Below, one piece after another: positions 1-5,639 of a DNA stretch of 37,755 bases (within the stretch, counting starts at the first letter, position 1; each line of letters begins with the position of its first letter). The DNA is from a virus (taxonomy: Duplodnaviria > Caudoviricetes), in the IMG/VR virus record IMGVR_UViG_3300030330_003397, positions 1 through 37,755 of that record. One strand, given 5' to 3'. Below the pieces are notes generated by a model, which saw only the letters and a program-made list of their open reading frames with translations, ran no database searches and was not told the origin of the DNA. A program made the position numbers and the translations under genes.

Positions 1-120
1 GGCCCGTAAGCACACAGCGCCTCGTTTGTCAACCCACAGGGCGGCGAAAATTCACAAACCCACACATAAAATCGCTAAGTCTTATACATATTCTTATGAG
101 AATCTAGTCTAGCTCTGCGG

Positions 121-138
121 ACTAGATGTGCTATAATA
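121..138 (+). promoter_or_regulatory. Extended -10 promoter (TG-C-TATAAT) preceded by CTAG repeats
   Basis: ACTAGATGTGCTATAATA; near-identical ACTAGATGCTATAATA at 1454-1469. Confidence 0.6.
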
Positions 139-168
139 CACAAGCGTTCAGACATCTCGACGAGGATT

Positions 169-348
169 ATGTACGACGACTGGGATCTCGACTATACATA
201 CACACCCAACTATGAGTCTTATGATCTCGACGAGATCTATGAGTCTTACATTCAATCATTCTCACAGGATGATGATCTAGACTGTGATGACGAATACGAG
301 CGTGACACACAAGATTATGATGCACTTGCGTATCGTCATTACGCATGA
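169..348 (+). CDS. Small highly acidic Asp/Glu/Tyr-rich protein (59 aa, MYDDWDLDY...AYRHYA); not in ORF track
   Basis: Hand translation: ATG 169 to TGA 346-348; GAGGA RBS at 162-166; TATAAT at 132-137 upstream. Confidence 0.75.
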   Translation: MYDDWDLDYTYTPNYESYDLDEIYESYIQSFSQDDDLDCDDEYERDTQDYDALAYRHYA

Positions 349-378
349 TATAATAGGTACACCACGCACGCACCCGCC

Positions 379-552
379 ATGTCCGCACACACTATCACAC
401 AGAAGCGTCTTGTGACCGTGACGCTGGATATTATGTGTTACGATGATCTGCCACTAGAAGACCTGAACTGGACGGATCTCCTGGACTTACAGGGTGATGA
501 ATCAGTAGAGGTAAATGTCCGGGATTACAACAACGATATGCCAGTTTGGTAA
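379..552 (+). CDS. Small acidic hypothetical protein (57 aa, MSAHTITQKRLVTVTLDIMCYDD...MPVW); not in ORF track
   Basis: Hand translation ATG 379 to TAA 550-552; TATAAT at 349-354 and C/A-rich leader upstream. Confidence 0.75.
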   Translation: MSAHTITQKRLVTVTLDIMCYDDLPLEDLNWTDLLDLQGDESVEVNVRDYNNDMPVW

Positions 553-619
553 GTGTCTACTGGGTATTGACTCCACCGCTTCCATCCCGTATATTTGACT
601 CAGTTCAAACCACCGACCA
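539..619 (+). promoter_or_regulatory. Early promoter cassette: palindromic box + TTGACT-17-TATATT + C/A leader
   Basis: TGCCAGT-N6-AGTGTCTAC (to 560), -35 567-572, -10 590-595; near-direct repeat of 730-807. Confidence 0.8.
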
Positions 620-754
620 ATGAGTGCTTACCCGATGGAAGACTTCCGTGCTGACGTTGCGGAACTGTTCCGACTGATCAAGGCATGTGAGGAATCCCGT
701 GAGCGTTTGGAGGCGATGATCGCTGAGGAGGACACTTCTGAAACTGTCCACTGA
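620..754 (+). CDS. Small helical hypothetical protein (44 aa, MSAYPMEDFRADVAELFRL...SETVH); not in ORF track
   Basis: Hand translation ATG 620 to TGA 752-754; fills the space between two promoter cassettes exactly. Confidence 0.7.
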   Translation: MSAYPMEDFRADVAELFRLIKACEESRERLEAMIAEEDTSETVH

Positions 755-807
755 GTATTGACTCCACCGCTTCAAACCCTTATATTTGACTCAGTTCAAA
801 CAAACCA
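730..807 (+). promoter_or_regulatory. Early promoter cassette: palindromic box + TTGACT-17-TATATT + C/A leader
   Basis: GGACACT-N6-ACTGTCCAC (to 751), -35 758-763, -10 781-786; shares GTATTGACTCCACCGCTTC and TATATTTGACTCAGTTCAAAC with the previous cassette. Confidence 0.8.
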
Positions 808-1047
808 ATGACTGACACCACTTACAACGGATGGGCAAACTACGAAACGTGGAATGTCTCCCTGTGGATTGGCAACGACGAAGGTCTCTACAATGAGGCA
901 AAGCGTCTTGCTAAGTTTGGCAAAATGTACCAGGACCTGGTAGAATTGCTCTATGAGTGTGGCAGCACTGAAACGCCTGATGGTGTAAAGTGGAATGACC
1001 CTGCCATCGATGCGGGTGAAGTCACAGAGATGATGGACGATCTCTGA
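808..1047 (+). CDS. Conserved phage hypothetical protein (YNGWxNYETWNVxLW family)
   Basis: 79-aa ORF directly after a promoter cassette; N-terminal YNGWANYETWNVSLWIGNDE motif recalled from small phage proteins. Confidence 0.8.
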   Translation: MTDTTYNGWANYETWNVSLWIGNDEGLYNEAKRLAKFGKMYQDLVELLYECGSTETPDGVKWNDPAIDAGEVTEMMDDL

Positions 1048-1091
1048 ACTGGCACAAAGGGGTTGACACAGCATCAACCCCATCCTATACT
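1035..1091 (+). promoter_or_regulatory. Early promoter TTGACA-17-TATACT with upstream box and overlapping inverted repeat
   Basis: ACTGGCACA 1048-1056, TTGACA 1063-1068, TATACT 1086-1091; GGGGTTGA-N7-TCAACCCC 1059-1081. Confidence 0.85.
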
Positions 1092-1157
1092 AAGAACAAC
1101 AAGCGGGGGTGATGCATCCCGCTCAAAACACATCACATTCCATCGCTTTTTTTTATC

Positions 1158-1379
1158 ATGCAATTCGCAATCTCCAACTCCTCCGCCGTTGAGAACATCA
1201 GCATCGAGGATCAAACCGTGACCGTGACCTTCACTGGTGGTCGCTCCTACGATTACACCGTCAACGACGTGACTGCCTTCACCACTGCCTTGACTGCTGC
1301 TATGCAACCTGAGCAGTCTGTTGGTCGCTTTGTGAACAAGTCCATCAAGAACGAGACCCTTCAGAAAGTCTCTGCCTGA
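1158..1379 (+). CDS. KTSC-domain-like small nucleic-acid-binding protein
   Basis: SSAVENI..TVTVTFTGGRSYDY..SVGRFVNKSIK matches the KTSC pattern (SS-I..L-V-F--G--Y-Y..S-G-F-N--IK). Confidence 0.65.
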   Translation: MQFAISNSSAVENISIEDQTVTVTFTGGRSYDYTVNDVTAFTTALTAAMQPEQSVGRFVNKSIKNETLQKVSA

Positions 1380-1474
1380 TCTCGACTAGAATGTGCGCGG
1401 TCATCTAGATCGCGCATATTACAACTAGATACACACAACTAGACACATGCATCACTAGATGCTATAATAACTAG

Positions 1475-1591
1475 AGAGGAAAGGGTTCGCCTCTCACGAA
1501 ACGTAAAGTCACCCGGCGAGTAACGAAACACATAATTCTAGCATATTGGTTGGGTTTTCTGGCGGTCCTGGTGGTGCGGGACCGCTTTTTT
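1475..1591 (+). ncRNA. Candidate small RNA (about 115 nt)
   Basis: TATAAT at 1463-1468, 5' hairpin GAGAGG/CCTCTC, no + strand ATG ORF, ends in an intrinsic terminator; boundaries inferred. Confidence 0.5.
1562..1591 (+). terminator. Intrinsic terminator
   Basis: GCGGTCC (1562-1568) / GGACCGC (1579-1585) stem followed by TTTTTT. Confidence 0.8.
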
Positions 1592-1626
1592 ATGTGGCAC
1601 ACAGGATGCCACTAACGTCTACCTCC

Positions 1627-1685
1627 ACTCTAGCACACTGGGGGAGATAATGTGGGCAGCAGTGGACAGTTTGGCAACTGGCACA
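1627..1685 (-). promoter_or_regulatory. Minus-strand early-type promoter (box + extended -10 TG-C-TAGAGT)
   Basis: Box GTGGACAGT-N6-ACTGGCACA 1662-1685; minus-strand -10 starts at 1632, the same 30-nt offset as the + strand cassettes. Confidence 0.5.
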
Positions 1686-1774
1686 CGCCGGATCGTTGTT
1701 ATTATTTTGTGGCAGGATCAGTGTCGATGTATTGTCGTCAGCAGCGATACCCCTCGCCTCGTTTGATTTCCTAT

Positions 1775-1869
1775 AAGATAACAGGGATCCGAGTGCTATG
1801 GGGATTCGGTGTGACACTTTCTGAGGTGTCCACTATCGGTTGCGCTCGCTCGTTTCTAAGGGTCATTCT
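1775..1869. promoter_or_regulatory. Palindromic box with possible divergent promoters
   Basis: TGTGACACT-N6-GGTGTCCAC 1810-1833; minus -10 TATCTT starting at 1780 (30-nt offset); plus TTGCGC 1840-1845 / CATTCT 1864-1869. Confidence 0.5.
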
Positions 1870-1922
1870 GTGCCCATCGGATTCACACCCAACCCAACCG
1901 GATCCGCTCACCCCTTCTAATC

Positions 1923-2390
1923 ATGAGCACCACCATTCAAGTCACCATCAACGGCAACACTGTTGAGGGCGAAGTTGCATTCATTCAGGCAATCCTTGGT
2001 CAGAACACTAACATTCTGACAGCGCCGGTAACTAACACGAACTTCAAAGATATTGAAGAGTTCGATGTGTTCATGACTGCTATTCTCAAAGAGTATTTTT
2101 CAGAGCAACAATCGGAATCGATTGTGACAACGCTGAGTCAGATTTCACAACAAAATTATCCTGATTATCGCGGCGGTTTGGGACTCTATCAAATGTTCGT
2201 GGGAACGTTAGAGCAACGCCAACTTATGAAGGTAGTTTTTGCAACTTATGCTCTCAAATTTGGTCGGAACCACGATCACAAATCATCGCTCAAATCTAAG
2301 ATTAAATACGCTACTGCCTGCCCGCACTGCGGCGCTTATGCTTCTGCGATCCGTGACCGACTGATTAAGGAGGGTTATCTGTCATTCTGA
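1923..2390 (+). CDS. Hypothetical protein (155 aa) with C-terminal CPHC motif
   Basis: Long clean ORF after a promoter and CCCAACC leader. Confidence 0.8.
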   Translation: MSTTIQVTINGNTVEGEVAFIQAILGQNTNILTAPVTNTNFKDIEEFDVFMTAILKEYFSEQQSESIVTTLSQISQQNYPDYRGGLGLYQMFVGTLEQRQLMKVVFATYALKFGRNHDHKSSLKSKIKYATACPHCGAYASAIRDRLIKEGYLSF

Positions 2391-2431
2391 CCCTTTCTAT
2401 GGTATGATTTCTGTAGTTCACACCCAACCCG
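2367..2431 (+). promoter_or_regulatory. Hairpin + extended -10 (TGGTATGAT) cassette
   Basis: AGGGTTA/TGACCCT stem, TGGTATGAT 2400-2408, leader CACCCAACCCG-ATG. Confidence 0.7.
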
Positions 2432-2653
2432 ATGCGCCCCGTTATCGCCACCCCTGCTAAGTTCTCTGAGGTTCCGATTGGAGAGTCCTTTGTCTGCGAA
2501 CGCCTGCCCGGTTGGCACGTCGCCTGCTGGAAGACTACCACCCGCACCGCCGACGTACAGTTCCCTGAGAAGGTTGGCACCAAGGATGAGTGGGCGCAGT
2601 GGTATTTCAAGGCAAGCGATGACGTGACCCGTGGTCCGGTAGTGTTCGCTTGA
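2432..2653 (+). CDS. Hypothetical protein (73 aa)
   Basis: ORF starts right after the cassette leader and ends at the next cassette. Confidence 0.75.
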   Translation: MRPVIATPAKFSEVPIGESFVCERLPGWHVACWKTTTRTADVQFPEKVGTKDEWAQWYFKASDDVTRGPVVFA

Positions 2654-2656
2654 CAC

Positions 2657-2729
2657 ACTGGCACAAGGGGATGGCACAACATCGCCGTCCCCTGTATCTT
2701 ATAAAAGTCAATCAAACGACACCCAACCC
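2657..2729 (+). promoter_or_regulatory. Box half-site + hairpin + -10 cassette
   Basis: ACTGGCACA 2657-2665, AGGGGATGGC/GCCGTCCCCT 2666-2693, TATCTT 2695-2700, leader ACACCCAACCC-ATG. Confidence 0.7.
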
Positions 2730-2957
2730 ATGAAAGTTCAATCCCTTGGCGCAAACAAGACTCAAGTTGATCTGGCAGACGGAACCTCCGTGTTCTTCTC
2801 CTATAAAACCCCTGTTGCAGCATTGGTGCCTGGCAAAGGTTGGATTCGCACTAGTACCCGTTACAGTGTCACCACAACCAAACACATCAACCAGTGGATC
2901 GAAGCGCCTGCCACTGAAGTCGATCAGTGGGACATCGACCAACTAGTCGCTTTCTAA
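2730..2957 (+). CDS. Conserved phage hypothetical protein (FSYxTPVA...SxTTxKHINxW family)
   Basis: 75-aa ORF; motif recalled from small early phage proteins. Confidence 0.8.
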   Translation: MKVQSLGANKTQVDLADGTSVFFSYKTPVAALVPGKGWIRTSTRYSVTTTKHINQWIEAPATEVDQWDIDQLVAF

Positions 2958-2962
2958 ATTAA

Positions 2963-3024
2963 AGGTTAAGGGAGCGGCAACGCTCCCAACCTATGGTATG
3001 ATTTCTTCAGTCGCAACCAACCCG
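2963..3024 (+). promoter_or_regulatory. GCAA-loop hairpin + extended -10 cassette
   Basis: AGGTT..GGGAGCG[GCAA]CGCTCCC AACCT then ATGGTATGAT 2993-3002. Confidence 0.75.
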
Positions 3025-3276
3025 ATGCAACTCACTTCAAAGGACGGAAACATGGTTGTTGATTTTTACCCGGTAAAATTTGCTACGGGTAAGATTCATA
3101 ATCGCCTCATGCTTAAAGTTCTAACTTTCCAAGGTAAAACACAATCCAAGAGTTACATTCAGATTAAAGATTTCTCACACGAATTTAATTCCCGTGTGTA
3201 CGGTTACGGTTACAAGGTGACCAATTCTGATTTGATTCCACAATTGTTTAATTCTGCCATGGTCTGCGCTTGCTGA
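3025..3276 (+). CDS. Hypothetical protein (83 aa, MQLTSKDGNMVVDFYP...)
   Basis: Start moved from 2998 (inside the -10 box) to ATG 3025, which follows the CCAACCCG leader. Confidence 0.75.
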   Translation: MQLTSKDGNMVVDFYPVKFATGKIHNRLMLKVLTFQGKTQSKSYIQIKDFSHEFNSRVYGYGYKVTNSDLIPQLFNSAMVCAC

Positions 3277-3285
3277 TTTTCTTTA

Positions 3286-3345
3286 GGATTCAGGGGAGGC
3301 AACTCCCCTAATCCATGGTATGATTTCTTCAGTCGCATCCAACCG
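3286..3345 (+). promoter_or_regulatory. GCAA-loop hairpin + extended -10 cassette
   Basis: GGATT-C-AGGGGAG[GCAA]CTCCCCT-AATCC then ATGGTATGATTTCTTCAGTCGCA, identical to the stretch starting at 2993. Confidence 0.75.
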
Positions 3346-3582
3346 ATGATTTACTCCCCCGCCTCATCCATCGACGACCGGACTCGCGTATGGGTCGGAC
3401 GTCTGCCTGATCACGATAATGAAATGGCGATCAGCAGTCAGACACCGCCATCCTGCGGCGCTCCTGCCTGGTTCGTTGCTGCCCGTGAGAGTGCCCGCTG
3501 TGAGGTTCCGGACATTATCGGCACCGACGGTCTGGATGGTTGCATCGTGTGGGCACGATCCTGCCAGGGATCTAAGTTCTGA
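3346..3582 (+). CDS. Hypothetical protein (78 aa)
   Basis: ATG at the cassette-defined position; stop coincides with the next cassette. Confidence 0.65.
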   Translation: MIYSPASSIDDRTRVWVGRLPDHDNEMAISSQTPPSCGAPAWFVAARESARCEVPDIIGTDGLDGCIVWARSCQGSKF

Positions 3583-3591
3583 TTCTTTTAA

Positions 3592-3652
3592 GATTCGGGG
3601 GGTTACATACCCCCCATCCATGGTATGATTACTTCAGTTCCAACCAACCACC
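3592..3652 (+). promoter_or_regulatory. Hairpin + extended -10 cassette
   Basis: GGGGGGT-TACAT-ACCCCCC 3597-3615, TGGTATGAT 3621-3629, leader CCAACCAACCACC-ATG. Confidence 0.75.
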
Positions 3653-3928
3653 ATGGACGCCTTCAACACCTCACTCGACGCTTTCGAAGCGGAACTTAAC
3701 CGCATCGAACCCCTGGATCTGCCCGGTCTCCGCGAATACATTCAGGAACATCCTGGATGCGACTGGGAAGACGCTTGCGACTGGCATGAGCAGATCACCG
3801 GTCGCACCGTACCCGAAGAACAGTACGGGGAGATCGAAGCAGTCTGGCAGGAAGAATCCCAAGAGTGGGAACCGACTGACGATGAGATAATGGGAGCGTT
3901 CGGCACTCCCTGGCATGACGGATTGTGA
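3653..3928 (+). CDS. Highly acidic Trp-rich small protein (91 aa)
   Basis: About 25 D/E, no Lys, 3 Arg; cassette position. Confidence 0.8.
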   Translation: MDAFNTSLDAFEAELNRIEPLDLPGLREYIQEHPGCDWEDACDWHEQITGRTVPEEQYGEIEAVWQEESQEWEPTDDEIMGAFGTPWHDGL

Positions 3929-3937
3929 AGACTTTCG

Positions 3938-3999
3938 GAAGGGATCGCACTCCGGTCCCTTCTGTGCTTATAATAAAAGAGTCAACCACCCAACCTGAC
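3938..3999 (+). promoter_or_regulatory. Hairpin + TATAAT cassette
   Basis: GAAGGGATCG/CGGTCCCTTC 3938-3962, TATAAT 3969-3974, leader ACCCAACCTGAC-ATG. Confidence 0.75.
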
Positions 4000-4302
4000 A
4001 TGTTCACTTCAATCACCAACCGTTCAAAGTTCGGCGCTACCTATGAGTGGGCAGTGCTCTCCGTGCTCCCCATGGATGCAGACAAGGACCGCCATGGTCT
4101 GCGGGTCTGCGAGGTCAATAAGGCGCTGGGGATGCCCAAGGAGGCGCGGACCACTGCCACCCTGCTCCTGAAGCGTATGGCGGCAGAGGGTCTCATCCGT
4201 CGCTACGAATACAAGATCGGCAAGCGACCCTTCATCACTTACAAGCGGGTGATGCCACTCCGCAAGCGGGAGCGCCTAGCACGGATGCTCTGGGGACAGT
4301 GA
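4000..4302 (+). CDS. Basic winged-helix-like DNA-binding protein (100 aa)
   Basis: Start reassigned to ATG 4000 after the leader; GLRVCEVNKALGM..TTATLLLKRMAAEGLIRR resembles a wHTH helix-turn-helix and wing. Confidence 0.6.
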   Translation: MFTSITNRSKFGATYEWAVLSVLPMDADKDRHGLRVCEVNKALGMPKEARTTATLLLKRMAAEGLIRRYEYKIGKRPFITYKRVMPLRKRERLARMLWGQ

Positions 4303-4449
4303 TCCCCTGTGCCAGTCGTGGCGGTGGCACAGTGCCCCGCCGTGCCGCCGCCCCCCGGCGGTTTAAAAAGGCATGGGTCCCTCTAAGCTATAAAGTCTTG
4401 CTTTCGCGAGGTCTTTATATAACTCAAAGTTTTTCTATATAAAACAAAA

Positions 4450-4638
4450 ATGAAAACTGAAATACCTTGTATGAAAAAAAATCGCGGAGAAAATTTTTCG
4501 TCTGTAGAAGTCGATACAGTAACTGGGGAGTATGTCATCAAGGTTCCTGAGTGGATTATATCTGAGTTTGGGTGGTATGAGGGCACAGAGATAAACATGG
4601 AGGTTGATGGAGACGCTATCGTAGTTACCGAACTTTGA
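4450..4638 (+). CDS. AbrB/MazE/SpoVT-like DNA-binding protein
   Basis: GEYVIKVPEWIISEFGWYEGTEINMEVDGDAIVV fits the swapped-hairpin pattern; start could be 4471. Confidence 0.65.
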   Translation: MKTEIPCMKKNRGENFSSVEVDTVTGEYVIKVPEWIISEFGWYEGTEINMEVDGDAIVVTEL

Positions 4639-4640
4639 CC

Positions 4641-4669
4641 TAGACATTCATTGGTTCTCGTAGTATAAT
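4641..4669 (+). promoter_or_regulatory. Sigma70-like promoter TAGACA-17-TATAAT
   Basis: -35 4641-4646, -10 4664-4669, upstream of the GT-like gene. Confidence 0.6.
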
Positions 4670-4707
4670 TACCTTTGAATGCATTCACATTTCAAGTTGA
4701 CCAAATT

Positions 4708-5472
4708 ATGGCAAAAGGATTTACAGTAAAAGCAAAATCGCCCGCTAAGGATGAAGGGGGATCTGCTCCCAAGTATGATTACGACAAAGCAAGGGAAATG
4801 GTTCGTGGTAAGTCAGTAGTATTCTGTCTTCCTGGACGAGGAGTATCATACACGTATTTGAAGAACTTTGTACAACTTTGTTTTGACATTGTACAAATGG
4901 GAGGTAGTATTCAGATCTCTCAAGACTACAGTTCCATGGTAAACTTTGCACGTTGTAAGTGTCTTGGAGCAAACGTACTGCGTGGACCTGATCAGATTCC
5001 CTGGGATGGAAAACTGAAGTATGACTATCAGTTGTGGATTGATAGTGATATTGTGTTTAACACGGAGAAGTTTCTTCAGTTGGTTCTGATGGACAAGGAC
5101 ATTGCATCTGGTTGGTATTGCACTGAGGACGGACAGACAACCTCTGTAGCACACTGGATGGATGAAGATGATTTCCGTAGTAATGGTGGAGTGATGAATC
5201 ATGAAACCTTGGAGACCATCAGTAAGCGTAAGAAACCATTCACCGTTGATTATGCAGGTTTCGGATGGTTGCTCATCAAACATGGTGTTTTCGAGAACGA
5301 AAAGATCAAGTATCCATGGTTCGCTCCGAAGATGCAAGTCTTTGAGAGTGGTGAAGTTCAGGACATGTGTGGAGAAGATGTGTCGTTCTGTCTAGATGCT
5401 ATCGAAGCAGGATATGAGATTTGGTGTGATCCTAACATCAGAGTTGGTCACGAGAAGTCTCGTATTATCTGA
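4708..5472 (+). CDS. Glycosyltransferase family 2-like (GT-A fold) protein
   Basis: WIDSDIVF (DxD), GFGWLLIK, GEDVSFC, VGH motifs; ATG at 4708 (MAKGFTVK) preferred over 4675. Confidence 0.75.
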   Translation: MAKGFTVKAKSPAKDEGGSAPKYDYDKAREMVRGKSVVFCLPGRGVSYTYLKNFVQLCFDIVQMGGSIQISQDYSSMVNFARCKCLGANVLRGPDQIPWDGKLKYDYQLWIDSDIVFNTEKFLQLVLMDKDIASGWYCTEDGQTTSVAHWMDEDDFRSNGGVMNHETLETISKRKKPFTVDYAGFGWLLIKHGVFENEKIKYPWFAPKMQVFESGEVQDMCGEDVSFCLDAIEAGYEIWCDPNIRVGHEKSRII

Positions 5473-5474
5473 TT

Positions 5475-5639
5475 ATGACTGACAGGTACACAATCCTCAT
5501 TAAGGGAGAGACTAAGTTCAAGAACTTGACAGAGGAAGAGTATTTTGATATTATGGATGACCTGGCGGTAGAATACTATCAGACAGGTCGTCCACGTCCC
5601 TCGGACATTGAAACTAAAGTATTTGGAGATTATTCTTAA
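5475..5639 (+). CDS. Small hypothetical protein (54 aa, MTDRYTILIKGE...); not in ORF track
   Basis: Hand translation; tightly packed between neighbours, TAATG overlap with next gene. Confidence 0.75.
   Translation: MTDRYTILIKGETKFKNLTEEEYFDIMDDLAVEYYQTGRPRPSDIETKVFGDYS

Noticed and set aside
1471-1530. Hammerhead or HDV-like ribozyme (CGAAAC..GTC, CCGGCGAG..CGAAAC)
   Set aside because: No CUGANGA core with a proper stem II, and the HDV nested topology could not be built by eye
1720-1745. Minus-strand CTGACGA as a hammerhead core
   Set aside because: Followed by GACA rather than GAAA and no stem II
1810-1833. Box as a CRP or NtcA site
   Set aside because: Half-site spacing does not fit TGTGA-N6-TCACA or GTA-N8-TAC
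1590-1966. Track ORFs 1652..1966 (+) and 1590..1817 (-)
   Set aside because: They run through promoter boxes, lack the cassette leader and have unprotein-like composition
539-4000. Repeats as a CRISPR array or integron attC sites
   Set aside because: Repeats are degenerate promoters separated by whole genes of variable length; no cas or integrase gene in the window and no attC core pattern recognised
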